Below, in pieces: positions 35,214 through 45,194 of a stretch of DNA of 64,000 nt. The DNA is from Desulfatiglandales bacterium (lineage in GTDB: Bacteria; Desulfobacterota; DSM-4660; Desulfatiglandales; Desulfatiglandaceae), in contig OY762721.1 of NCBI GenBank assembly GCA_963666345.1, forward strand, positions 1,280,001 to 1,344,000, written 5' to 3'. Below the pieces are notes generated by a model that made no database searches, was not told the origin of the DNA, and saw only the letters and a list, made by a program, of their open reading frames with translations. The translations under genes and the position numbers were made by a program. Each line of letters begins with the position of its first letter. Within the stretch, counting starts at the first letter, position 1.

Positions 35214-37162
35214 CAGAAAAAATACTTGAAAGAATAAACTGCCCGGCAGAGCTTAAGGCTCTTTCCATATCCGAGCTGGAAACTCTGGCAGCAGAAATCA
35301 GGCAGAAGATAATCAAAACCGTATCCAAGACCGGCGGTCACCTCGCACCCAGTCTCGGGGTTGTGGAACTGACCCTGGCCCTTCATTATGTCTTTAATGC
35401 CCCGAAAGATAAGATCATCTGGGATGTCGGGCACCAGTGTTATGCCCACAAGCTCATAACAGGCCGCAGAGACGCATTTGACACGCTCAGGACCTACGGC
35501 GGAATAAGCGGATTTCCCAAAAGGGATGAAAGCCCTTATGACACCTTCAATACAGGCCACAGCAGCACATCGATCTCTGCCGGTCTGGGGATATCCACCG
35601 CCAAGGCCCTCAAGGGAGAAAAGGACAAGGTAATAGCCGTAATAGGTGACGGTTCCATGACCGCAGGCATGGCCTTTGAGGCGCTTAACCAGGCCGGGGA
35701 CAGCGAAAAGGACCTGATCGTCGTGCTGAACGACAATGAGATGTCCATCTCGCCCAACGTGGGGGCGGTGTCTTCCTTCCTGAGTCGAAGTATGACCGCA
35801 AAAAGGTTCGTAAGTATCAAAAAAGGTGTTGAAAACTTCATAAAATCCCTGCCCGGAGTAGGAGAGAATTTTCTCAACCTGGTGCGCAGGAGCGAAGACA
35901 CGTTCATGACCTTCTTTACACCCGGGATGCTCTTTGAGGCCTTCAAGTTCAAATATGTCGGCCCCATACAGGGTCACAGACTGGACAAGCTGATCGAGGC
36001 GCTGAAAAACACCACACATCTTGAAGGACCGATCCTGCTTCATGTAATGACCAAAAAGGGAAAGGGTTATATGCCAGCGGAAAAGGACCCGGCCCACTAC
36101 CACGGGGTCGGCTCCTTTGAGATCCCGACCGGAAGTCCCGTAAAAATTGAACCTTCGGAAGATGCAACGGAAAAGCAGGGAAAAGCCCCTAAGCCCCCTT
36201 CCTATACCGAGGTGTTCGGAAACGCCATGGCCCAACTCGGAAAAAGCGATCATAAACTGCTCGCCATCACCGCGGCCATGTCTGAAGGAACCGGTCTGGC
36301 TGATTTTGCCGAATCGTTTCCTGAAAGATTCCTTGATGTGGGAATAGCCGAGCAGCATGCCGTGACATTTGCGGCAGGGCTCGCCACAGAGGGGTTCAAA
36401 CCTGTAGTGGCCATATATTCCACTTTTCTCCAGCGGGCCTATGATCAGATTATTCATGACGTCTGTCTTCCCAATCTCCCGGTCGTCTTTGCCATAGACA
36501 GGGCGGGACTTGTGGGAAAGGACGGTCCCACCCACCATGGGACGTTCGACCTCAGTTACCTGCGCTGTCTTCCGAACATGGTAATCATGGCCCCAAAGGA
36601 CGAAAATGATTTAAGAAACATGCTCTACACGGCACTTCAGCAGAAAAATCCCGTGGCCATAAGATATCCAAGAGGCAAGGCCCTGGGGGTTGAAATTGAG
36701 GATGGATTCAGGAGCATACCGATCGGTAAGGCGGAGATCCTGAAACAGGGAAAGGATATGGTCATCTTCGCCGTTGGAAGTACCGTTTATCCTGCCGTTG
36801 CTGCTTCAAACGCCCTTGAAAGTCAGGGCCTGTCGGTAGGAGTCGTAAACAGCAGGTTTGTAAAACCCCTGGACCCGGTCCTGGCTCAAATCGCATCGAC
36901 AACCGGAAAGGTTCTGGTCGTCGAGGAAAACGTGAGACAGGGAGGTTTCGGATCAGCGGTGCTTGAACTTTTCAATGACATGGGGGTTCAAGGGATTCAA
37001 CTTAAAAGGGTCGGACTGCCTGACAGCTTTATCGAACACGGGCCTCGGGACATACTTCGAAAGGAGTGCCTTCTTGAGGAGTCAGGTATCCTGGCTCATG
37101 CCCTTGAGTTAATGAAGCTCCCCACTGCAAACGGCGGGCATCAAAGCGTAACTGCGCCATAG
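35210..37162 (+). CDS. dxs: 1-deoxy-D-xylulose-5-phosphate synthase
   Basis: GGHL, WDVGHQ, GHSSTSIS, GDGSMT, IAEQHAV, DRAG.VG.DGPTH. Confidence 0.97.
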   Translation: MTEKILERINCPAELKALSISELETLAAEIRQKIIKTVSKTGGHLAPSLGVVELTLALHYVFNAPKDKIIWDVGHQCYAHKLITGRRDAFDTLRTYGGISGFPKRDESPYDTFNTGHSSTSISAGLGISTAKALKGEKDKVIAVIGDGSMTAGMAFEALNQAGDSEKDLIVVLNDNEMSISPNVGAVSSFLSRSMTAKRFVSIKKGVENFIKSLPGVGENFLNLVRRSEDTFMTFFTPGMLFEAFKFKYVGPIQGHRLDKLIEALKNTTHLEGPILLHVMTKKGKGYMPAEKDPAHYHGVGSFEIPTGSPVKIEPSEDATEKQGKAPKPPSYTEVFGNAMAQLGKSDHKLLAITAAMSEGTGLADFAESFPERFLDVGIAEQHAVTFAAGLATEGFKPVVAIYSTFLQRAYDQIIHDVCLPNLPVVFAIDRAGLVGKDGPTHHGTFDLSYLRCLPNMVIMAPKDENDLRNMLYTALQQKNPVAIRYPRGKALGVEIEDGFRSIPIGKAEILKQGKDMVIFAVGSTVYPAVAASNALESQGLSVGVVNSRFVKPLDPVLAQIASTTGKVLVVEENVRQGGFGSAVLELFNDMGVQGIQLKRVGLPDSFIEHGPRDILRKECLLEESGILAHALELMKLPTANGGHQSVTAP

Positions 37163-37277
37163 CCGATCCTGCTTCATTCCGGAACCGGCCCATGGTTCCG
37201 TTCGTCATTCAGCCCTGCGGCAGGCTGCAGGTTATCACATCGAATCGGGAAAGACCCGACGGCTGGAAATTCATGCC

Positions 37278-38021
37278 ATGGACAGAAAAGGCGAAAAGAC
37301 AAGGCTTGATCAACTGGTAGTAGCATGTGGACTCTGCTCGACCAGACAAAAGGCAAAGGCCGTGATTATGGCGGGGCAGGTCCTGGTGGACGGTAGAAGG
37401 GTCGACAAACCGGGCACCTTCGTTCCATCCGGATCATCGATAGATCTGATCCGAAAGGGCACGTCTTATGTCAGCAGGGGAGGACTCAAACTGGAACAGG
37501 CCCTGCATCATTTTTCGGTTGATGTAACCGGCCTCACCATCATGGACGTGGGGGCCTCTACAGGCGGTTTTTCCGACTGCCTTCTGAAACATGGGGCAGG
37601 CAGAATTATCGCGATTGACGTGGGCTACGGTCAGCTTGACTGGACGCTTCGCTGCGACCCCAGGATCGAGGTAAGGGAGAGGACAAACGCCCGGTATCTG
37701 AAGCCGGATGAATTCGATGAAGTGATAGATGGGGCGGTAATCGATGTCTCCTTTATCTCTCTCAGACTCATTGTCCCCGCCGTTATGAGACTTTTGAGAA
37801 AGGCATCCTTTATAATAGCCTTGATAAAACCTCAATTTGAGGTTGGAAAGGGTCAGGTTGGAAAAGGCGGAGTTGTCCGCGACTCCGCGCTTCATCAGGA
37901 AGTCATTGAGTCCCTGGATCGATTTTTCAGGGACACGGGCCTTACCCCCGACGGTGTAATACCCTCCCCCATCCTCGGCCCTAAAGGAAACAGGGAGTTT
38001 TTGACACACCTGAAATTATAA
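37278..38021 (+). CDS. tlyA: TlyA family rRNA methyltransferase
   Basis: S4 domain, YVSRGG.KL, DVGASTGGF, DVSFISL, KPQFE, GNREF. Confidence 0.93.
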   Translation: MDRKGEKTRLDQLVVACGLCSTRQKAKAVIMAGQVLVDGRRVDKPGTFVPSGSSIDLIRKGTSYVSRGGLKLEQALHHFSVDVTGLTIMDVGASTGGFSDCLLKHGAGRIIAIDVGYGQLDWTLRCDPRIEVRERTNARYLKPDEFDEVIDGAVIDVSFISLRLIVPAVMRLLRKASFIIALIKPQFEVGKGQVGKGGVVRDSALHQEVIESLDRFFRDTGLTPDGVIPSPILGPKGNREFLTHLKL

Positions 38022-38150
38022 GGCGCACCTCTGCCGTTCAGTCCCATGTTATCACGGAAACCGTAAACCGGGCGGATTTTCTTCCAAGGCACAGATCCTC
38101 TCACCGCATTCAAACTGATTAATACGGAGAGCCGGAACTATCAGTCAGGA

Positions 38151-38429
38151 TTACGCAGTCCTGCGTTTTGAGGCCTTGATAGGATTGATTTTTCCGTTGG
38201 TCTTCTTGACTTCGATCTTGACATGAGTAGCCATGTTGCAGATTCCCAGTCGCCATTTGGAGGCGGGGTCAGGGGAGACGGTACAGAAAATACCTGTAGG
38301 AAACTCCTTTGCCCGTTGGCAGCCTTCACACTGCTCGACTACCTTGTGGCAGGTACCGCCGTTAAACTGGCAGCCCTTCTTTGACATAAACGCGCATTCA
38401 TAACCCTCTTTTACACTTGTACAAACCAT
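38151..38429 (-). CDS. PxxKW family cysteine-rich protein
   Basis: Eight Cys, PASKW, CNMATH, INPIKASKR; start at ATG 38429. Confidence 0.75.
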   Translation of the reverse strand: MVCTSVKEGYECAFMSKKGCQFNGGTCHKVVEQCEGCQRAKEFPTGIFCTVSPDPASKWRLGICNMATHVKIEVKKTNGKINPIKASKRRTA

Positions 38430-38567
38430 TTTAACCACATCCTTTCTTTTTGTATTTTTGCAGACAAACATCTTTTTCTGCCTGACAGCTTTATGGTTGT
38501 CAAGGAAAATAGACATTATTTGTCTGTTTGCAAGGAAAAAACAACCGGATTCCGGTTTTCAGGCAGG

Positions 38568-40385
38568 TCACGACCCCAGAATTTCGCTATCCAGCTTAAG
38601 CGCCAGTTCCTTCAACTGGGACTCTGCAATCCCGGAAGGTGCTTCGGTAAGAGGGCATGTGGCGCTGGTGGTCTTTGGAAATGCTATCACTTCCCTGATG
38701 GAGGCGGCACCTGCAAGGATCGCCACGAGCCGGTCAAGACCGAGTGCTATCCCGCCATGCGGAGGAGCACCGTATTTGAGGGCATCCAGCAGAAACCCGA
38801 ATTTTTTATTTGCCTCATCTTCAGGGATACCGAGTATCTTGAATACCCTCTGCTGGGTATCAAGATCATGTATCCGTACGCTTCCGCCCCCTATCTCGGA
38901 ACCGTTCAATACTATGTCATACGATCTCGCCCTTACCCTTTCAGGGCTTTCCTCGAGCAGGCGGAGATCTTCCTCAAGAGGGGCGGTAAATGGATGATGC
39001 ACCGCCGTGAGCCTGCCTTCGGCCTCATCATACTCCAGAAGGGGGAATTTATTTACCCATGTAAAGGCATATTCATCGGCTGGTATCAGATCCATTTCCC
39101 TTGCCAGGCGAAGTCTCAGAAAACCGAGGGAACTGTTGACTACCGCCTCACTGTCGGCAACGATCAGGATAAGATCGCCCTGTTCTGCATCCACAAGCCG
39201 ATCAACCGTCTTTTTGCCCTCATCTGAAAAGAATTTTTCCAGAGACGACTGCCACCCGTTTCCAGTGATCTTTATCCACGCAAGACCTTTTGCCCCGAAT
39301 TCCTTAATGGATCCGGCGATATCATCTATCTTTTTCCTGGAATAGGGCCCGCTGCCGCCCTTTACGTTTAACGCCTTTATCACTCCTCCTCTTTCGACGG
39401 CACCGGTAAAGACCCTGAATTCGGAGCCTCCGGCAGGCCCTGAGATATCGATCAGTTCCAGCCCGAAACGGGTATCAGGCCTGTCCGTTCCGAATCGTTT
39501 CATCGCCTCATGATACTCTATTCTCGGAAGAGGCAAAGAGATCTCCTTTTCAAGAACCTCCTTGAAGATTCGCTTTATCATGCCCTCGACCGTGCCGATA
39601 ACAGCCTCTTCATCCACAAAGGCCATTTCCATGTCCACCTGTGTAAACTCAGGCTGGCGGTCGGCGCGAAGGTCCTCATCCCTGAAACAGCGGACTATCT
39701 GGTAGTATCTGTCGAACCCGGCAATCATCAGGATCTGTTTGAAAAGCTGCGGCGACTGGGGAAGCGCGTAGAAAAGCCCCCTGTTTACCCTGCTCGGGAC
39801 CAGGTAATCCCTGGCTCCTTCAGGCGTGCTTTTTGTGAGGAAAGGGGTCTCCACCTCAAGGAAACCGCTGTGGTTCAGATATTCTCTTATACAGGCGGAT
39901 GTCCTGTGCCTTGTGACGAAGTTTTTCAGCATCCCGGGTCTTCGAAGTTCAAGATACCTGTGTTTGAGCCTAAGGTTTTCAGATGCGTCCACAGGGCCGT
40001 CGACCTGAAAAGGAGGGGTCTCGGTCCTGTTCAGTATCCTGAGTTCATGGACCTGCAGCTCAATTTCGCCCGTTTCCAGTTTCAGGTTTTCCTGGCCTTC
40101 GATGCGTCTGCTCACCCGGCCCTTTACGGCGATTACCCACTCGTTTCTTAATACATGAGCCCTTTCATGGCTTACCTGATCCGTTTTAGGATCAAAAACG
40201 ATCTGGGTTATCCCTCCTCTATCCCTCAAATCGATAAAGATGAGGTGTCCCAGATCCCTCCTGGTATTAACCCATCCCATAAGGAGGACATCCTCTCCGA
40301 TGTTTTCCCCTCTTAAATCGCCGCAGTCATGGGTACGTTTCCACTGACCCATTGAATCGATCTTTATATCCCTTTTCTCTTCCAT
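38568..40385 (-). CDS. aspS: Aspartate-tRNA ligase
   Basis: FIDLRD, TPEGARDY, LPQSPQ, FRDEDLRADRQPEF, PPHGG. Confidence 0.97.
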   Translation of the reverse strand: MEEKRDIKIDSMGQWKRTHDCGDLRGENIGEDVLLMGWVNTRRDLGHLIFIDLRDRGGITQIVFDPKTDQVSHERAHVLRNEWVIAVKGRVSRRIEGQENLKLETGEIELQVHELRILNRTETPPFQVDGPVDASENLRLKHRYLELRRPGMLKNFVTRHRTSACIREYLNHSGFLEVETPFLTKSTPEGARDYLVPSRVNRGLFYALPQSPQLFKQILMIAGFDRYYQIVRCFRDEDLRADRQPEFTQVDMEMAFVDEEAVIGTVEGMIKRIFKEVLEKEISLPLPRIEYHEAMKRFGTDRPDTRFGLELIDISGPAGGSEFRVFTGAVERGGVIKALNVKGGSGPYSRKKIDDIAGSIKEFGAKGLAWIKITGNGWQSSLEKFFSDEGKKTVDRLVDAEQGDLILIVADSEAVVNSSLGFLRLRLAREMDLIPADEYAFTWVNKFPLLEYDEAEGRLTAVHHPFTAPLEEDLRLLEESPERVRARSYDIVLNGSEIGGGSVRIHDLDTQQRVFKILGIPEDEANKKFGFLLDALKYGAPPHGGIALGLDRLVAILAGAASIREVIAFPKTTSATCPLTEAPSGIAESQLKELALKLDSEILGS

Positions 40386-40419
40386 TAAATTCCCTGTCTC
40401 ACAAAAATTTTAATTGGTT

Positions 40420-41679
40420 TCAGGAGCGGAGTCTCTCTATAAGATCGGCCGAGATGTTATCCAGCCCCACCTCTTCCTGATCCTTTGTAGCCATGTCCCG
40501 CAAGACAGCCCTTCCTGAGGCCAGTTCATCCTCACCTACCATCAGGACCTTTCTGGCGCCCATCCTGTCGGCCTTTTTCATCTGCGCCTTGAGTCCCTTG
40601 CGGCTATATTCCGCTTCCGCCCACAATCCCGCACTGCGCAGCATATCGGTCCACTTGAAAACCTCCTTTTCGGCCCTCTCACCCAGTGCCGCGATAAAAA
40701 GATCGGGCCTTCTGCCTTCGGAAAAATCATTTCCCTCAAGAAGCGCCACAAGCCTTTCCATGCCCATGGCAAAACCTACGGCAGGGTGATCAGGACCGCC
40801 CAGGAGTCTTACCAGGCCGTCATATCTTCCTCCCCCTGCCACCGCATTCTGGGCGCCCAGCAGATCGGTCTGGATCTCGAATGTGGTCCTCGCGTAATAG
40901 TCAAGTCCCCTTACCAGCTTGTGATCGATCCGGTATCCGACACCCACCAGTGAAAGATACTGCTTGACGGATTCAAAATGCTCCAGGCATTCATCACACA
41001 GAAAATCAAGGATCGAAGGCGCCCCCGCCACCACGACCCTGCACTGCTCAAGCTTGCAGTCAAACACGCGAAGGGGATTGAGCTGCGCCCTTCTCCTGCA
41101 GTCCTTGCAGAGTGAATCATCTTTTTCAGCCAGATATTGTCTTAGCTTTTCCCTGAAAGGGGCCCTGCACTGCCTGCAGCCCAGGGAATTGATTACCAGC
41201 GTAAGATCGGGCAGGCCCACGGCCTCAAGCAGTCTCACTGCCAGCAGTATCACATCCGCATCGCTCTTTGGCCCGGCATCACCGAAAATCTCCGCATCTA
41301 TCTGGTGAAACTGCCTGTAGCGACCCTTTTGAGGCCTCTCATGCCTGAACATGGGACCTATGGTATAGAGCTTCTGAACAGGATTTTTCAGGTAGAGTCT
41401 CTGCTGTATGTATGCCCTGACAATCGAGGCCGTGGCTTCCGGCCTCAGGGTCATTATCATCCCCTTGCTGTCTTCAAGGCGGTACATCTCCTTTGATACG
41501 ATATCGGTTTCCTCTCCGATTCCACGGCTGAACACCTCATTGCGCTCAAGAATCGGCATCCTTATCTCCTGAAAACCGAAGCATTCGAAAAGTTTCCTGG
41601 TCTCTTTTTCCAGTTTCTGCCAGGAACCCACCTCTTCAGGCAGGATATCCTTGAAACCCTTTATGGTAGTAAATTCCAA
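40420..41679 (-). CDS. hisS: Histidine-tRNA ligase
   Basis: LRPEATA, FRHERPQKGRYRQF, RGLDYY, GGRYD; TTG start inferred. Confidence 0.96.
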   Translation of the reverse strand: MEFTTIKGFKDILPEEVGSWQKLEKETRKLFECFGFQEIRMPILERNEVFSRGIGEETDIVSKEMYRLEDSKGMIMTLRPEATASIVRAYIQQRLYLKNPVQKLYTIGPMFRHERPQKGRYRQFHQIDAEIFGDAGPKSDADVILLAVRLLEAVGLPDLTLVINSLGCRQCRAPFREKLRQYLAEKDDSLCKDCRRRAQLNPLRVFDCKLEQCRVVVAGAPSILDFLCDECLEHFESVKQYLSLVGVGYRIDHKLVRGLDYYARTTFEIQTDLLGAQNAVAGGGRYDGLVRLLGGPDHPAVGFAMGMERLVALLEGNDFSEGRRPDLFIAALGERAEKEVFKWTDMLRSAGLWAEAEYSRKGLKAQMKKADRMGARKVLMVGEDELASGRAVLRDMATKDQEEVGLDNISADLIERLRS

Positions 41680-41885
41680 AAGGCAAAATCTCCCCTCAGT
41701 AAAAGTCAAAGGTCTCTAACAGAAGAGACCTTTATCGTCAATGGTTTTATACTTCAGTAAACAAAGAACTGCAAGTGGGACAGGACAAAAGAATATTCGC
41801 GCCGGATAAAGATATGAGGATCATCTCCCGATCAGTTGGTGTTAAACAGGGCTAAATAAAGAAATTCTTCTTATTTAAGCGGCTG

Positions 41886-42045
41886 AGAGTTCGTAGGATC
41901 CTTCGCCCTCGCTTAGCTCAGCTCAGTCCCACTGCGTCGCAGCGGGTTCCCGGTTTCAAGGATTCCAGTGCTCCATTGAAACGGCGGATAAAACCCCTAA
42001 AGCATTACAAAGATTTAAAGCTGTTGCAGAAATTCTGCAAACTCT
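41886..42045. repeat. MITE-like element, family C, interrupted by a family-B mini-element (~41900-41954)
   Basis: Removing the insert gives left end AGAGTTCGTAGGATTTC, matching the reverse complement of the right end (AGAGTTTGCAGAATTTC) at 14/17. Confidence 0.55.
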
Positions 42046-42253
42046 TTTCAGGTATAGAATAAATGAAAAATTCTCAAATAATAAAAGGAACACCGAGATC
42101 GATAAATTGTTAAAATGCTGATAAAGCCTTTAGAAAACATACCCTTGGACCCTCTTCGCCAACTAAGTTGGAAAAGAACCAGATATGATTCCGGGGGAGT
42201 CGGCGAAGCAGCCGGGCAGTCATGGAGAGGCGCGAATGAGCGGTCTCACGGAT

Positions 42254-42478
42254 TCATTCCACTTCGATTTTTTCGGCCTTCTCTTTTACATCCCCCTGCT
42301 GCCCCCCTTCGATACGTTCTATACCCTCCTCTAGAAAGGATTTTATCGCCTTCAGGAATTCAACGCGGGATTTTCTCATATGGCTTTTGAACCCGGAGTC
42401 CTTTGCGCACACCTTCCCGATATCGTTGAAAAACCTGGCCACGGGACACACAAAGACATCATCGTCTTTCCTTTCCAT
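42254..42478 (-). CDS. Small hypothetical protein translationally coupled to the ArsA/Get3 ATPase
   Basis: Overlaps ATPase 3' end, AGGAG RBS, amphipathic helix (EFLKAIKSFLEEGIERIE), ends EKIEVE. Confidence 0.7.
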   Translation of the reverse strand: MERKDDDVFVCPVARFFNDIGKVCAKDSGFKSHMRKSRVEFLKAIKSFLEEGIERIEGGQQGDVKEKAEKIEVE

Positions 42479-43664
42479 TTTCATCTCCTGTGAAAAATAT
42501 GTTTAGATATTCTCCTTCAAACCGGGCCTTTATATTTCCAATGGCCGAGATCCGCCTTGGAAGCAGCAGGTGCCTCTTAAAAGACCCCATCTTCACTATC
42601 AACTCGTCATGAAGCCTGTGGAGTTCTATATCCCTTTTCCCGGCAAACGGGAGCCTTATTGTGAGGCGGTAATCCCCGTCCTCCTTCACCAGGTTGTAGG
42701 GTGCCCCTTCGAAAAAACGGTCAAGAGGATTTTTACCCTGGTAGATCTGTAACCCGAACTCTCTCAGGGCGTCATATCCGAAGACCTCTCCCCTGGAAAG
42801 CCTGGCGGGAAAAATCGGAACAGGCTGGAAATATGAATCAGCCAGTTCCATATACCGGTCCTGGCTGTCCCGCCAGTCGGAGAAGAACTCATCGTCTATA
42901 TCTTCCGGCAGCATCCTGTTCATTATTATCCCGTCGATAAGCATGTGATAAAGGGAAAAATACATAAACGCGCGTTGCGTCTCCTTGAGCACTATCTTCT
43001 CCGGATTTGCAACCAGCCGCACCGTGGTTATTTCAGGGTCTATCAGCAGCTTGTCCACGCCCCGGAGTCTCTCAAAAAGATAGGCCACCGCCTCGAAATA
43101 ATCATCGCCCGGAAGCGGGACATCGTAGATTTTTCTGGCAAGCGGTCTCATCACCTTTGCCAGACTTCTCTCGACCTTGAATATCTTCTTTATGTACCAC
43201 TCCAGGGTGGTGGGTATGCTGATAAAGCGAATCGATTCACCGGTGGGGGCGCAATCCAGGATAATTACGTCAAACATCTCCTCTTTGACATAGCGGTTGA
43301 TATAGAGAAGCAGGCTTATCTCTTCCATCCCGGGAAGGACTGCGAGCTCTTCGGCAAGGATTTCATCCAGCCCCGTAGTATTGAACAGGAGTGAAAGGTA
43401 CTTGTGGATATTGCCCCAGTTCTTTTCTATTTCCTCCTGGACATCGAGCTCCTGTATCCAGAGATTTTCTCCGACCTTTACGGGTCTTCCCCTCTTCTGA
43501 TCCAGAAGATCGTTTCCAAGATCGAATATGTCCGCCAGACTGTGGGCCACATCAAGGGACATGATAAGAGTCCTGTATCCCATCTCTGATACGTTTATCC
43601 CTGTGGCCGCGGCCACACTGGTTTTCCCTACCCCCCCTTTTCCTGCAAAAAAAAGAATCCTCAT
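42459..43664 (-). CDS. ArsA/Get3-family ATPase with C-terminal HSP20-like domain
   Basis: GKGGVGKT, S.D.AHSL.D, DCAPTG; beta-rich C-terminus (YRLTIRLPF..DELIV..G.FKR...LP..A.FE...L.I.F). Confidence 0.88.
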   Translation of the reverse strand: MRILFFAGKGGVGKTSVAAATGINVSEMGYRTLIMSLDVAHSLADIFDLGNDLLDQKRGRPVKVGENLWIQELDVQEEIEKNWGNIHKYLSLLFNTTGLDEILAEELAVLPGMEEISLLLYINRYVKEEMFDVIILDCAPTGESIRFISIPTTLEWYIKKIFKVERSLAKVMRPLARKIYDVPLPGDDYFEAVAYLFERLRGVDKLLIDPEITTVRLVANPEKIVLKETQRAFMYFSLYHMLIDGIIMNRMLPEDIDDEFFSDWRDSQDRYMELADSYFQPVPIFPARLSRGEVFGYDALREFGLQIYQGKNPLDRFFEGAPYNLVKEDGDYRLTIRLPFAGKRDIELHRLHDELIVKMGSFKRHLLLPRRISAIGNIKARFEGEYLNIFFTGDENGKERR

Positions 43665-43982
43665 CTAATCCTCTGGTTCAAGGTTCAGGGGAAAACCGGC
43701 CCTGAAAACCTTAGCCACAAGGGTAACGCGATAATAACGGATCTATCCGCCTTTGTCGCAAAAACCGGGTTTGTCCCGGCAGACTTCATATCGTCTCCCT
43801 GTATTTTTTTATTTTAGCACAGAAACCTGCCGGTTAAAAGATCATCCGGCTCACCCTTATTCCCCACCCCCTGAATCCTTGAACCCTCATAAAAAATCAG
43901 GTAACCTGCAGGCATGTATATCCAGTGGTCCGGATGATCTACCTCTAAAATTCGGCTGCAATAAAAACCTTGAGATCGACCC

Positions 43983-44951
43983 ATGATACCTATAAGAGAC
44001 ACGATACAGTCAAAAAACTACCCTGTAGTGAACAACCTCATCATCGGCCTGAATATATTGGTGTATCTTGTGCAGCTGAGCCATGGTCAGGACCTGAACC
44101 GGTTTATCTTTACATACGGACTGGTACCGGCCCGTTTTTCCTCTCCTGAGATCTCAACCTATTTCAGCACGGGCCAGCAGATCCTTTCCATGTTCTCATT
44201 CATGTTCCTGCATGGCGGATTCTGGCACCTCCTCGGAAACATGTGGTCTCTCTACATATTCGGCGATAACGTGGAAGACAGGCTCGGCCCTGTACGCTAT
44301 CTGCTCTTTTATATTCTGTGCGGCCTCGCATCCGGGCTGAGTCATCTTATTTTGAACTGGAATTCACAGGTCCCGACTATCGGCGCAAGCGGGGCGATCG
44401 CGGGCGTAATGGGGGCCTATTTCATACTCTATCCGGGCTCCCGGATACTCACGCTCATTCCCATATTTTTCATTCCCTATTTTATCGAAATACCGGCATT
44501 TTTCTTTCTGGGCCTCTGGTTTTTCCTCCAGTTCATAAGCGCCGCCGGATCCTCCGCCCAGGGCGGAGGCATCGCCTGGTGGGCACATATCGGCGGTTTT
44601 GTATTCGGGATGATCTTTCTCAAGCTCATTGACAAACTGCCTTCATCCGGAATCACAAGCCGGGTCAGGGAAAAAACCGCCAAGAAAAAGACTCACCATC
44701 TGCAGTCCATAAGGGTGACCGGTTCGGCACGAGACCCGCATTTATACGGATATATTACCATCACTCCTTTAGAAGCTCGGCTCGGCACAAAAAAACTGGT
44801 GAACATCCCGTGGGGGTTTAAAAAACGGCTTTTCAACGTGAACATCCCCGCCGGAGTCTCCGAGGGATCTAAGTTGAGGCTCCAGGGAATGGGAAGGCTT
44901 ATGGAGGATGATAAAAAGGGGAACCTTTACCTCAAGGTGAAAATTGAATAA
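43983..44951 (+). CDS. Rhomboid intramembrane serine protease fused to DnaJ C-terminal-like domain
   Basis: FLHGG..HL.GNM, GASGAI, WAHIGGF; tail ITPLEA.LG..IPAG..G.KLRL.G.G...GNLY. Confidence 0.85.
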   Translation: MIPIRDTIQSKNYPVVNNLIIGLNILVYLVQLSHGQDLNRFIFTYGLVPARFSSPEISTYFSTGQQILSMFSFMFLHGGFWHLLGNMWSLYIFGDNVEDRLGPVRYLLFYILCGLASGLSHLILNWNSQVPTIGASGAIAGVMGAYFILYPGSRILTLIPIFFIPYFIEIPAFFFLGLWFFLQFISAAGSSAQGGGIAWWAHIGGFVFGMIFLKLIDKLPSSGITSRVREKTAKKKTHHLQSIRVTGSARDPHLYGYITITPLEARLGTKKLVNIPWGFKKRLFNVNIPAGVSEGSKLRLQGMGRLMEDDKKGNLYLKVKIE

Positions 44952-45003
44952 ATTTTTCTGCCCCGGAACTATTTTTGATGACATCGTAACAAGGCGAAAT
45001 TCA

Positions 45004-45194
45004 GACGGCACAGTAGAAAGTTCAAATGCAAGGCTTGCGCTTCCGGGAACCCGCCCCGAGCCTGTTGAGGGGTGGGACTGAGCAAGGCCCTTAGGGCCTT
45101 GCAAAGAATCTTGAGGAATGAGGCGTACTTATAGTACGTCGCAATGACGAAAGATGAAGCATAACGCAGCAGTTGGACTTTTTACGAAGCCGTC
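45004..45194. repeat. MITE-like element, family A, carrying a ~67-bp family-B insert (45040-45106)
   Basis: Aligns with 5873-5997 on both sides of the insert; extra degenerate end motif at 44977. Confidence 0.8.

Noticed and set aside
35156..36538. 460-aa minus-strand ORF
   Set aside because: Antisense shadow of dxs with no motifs.
42459..43664. Arsenic-resistance ArsA
   Set aside because: Single ATPase domain, no arsB/acr3/arsD/arsR nearby, HSP20-like tail.
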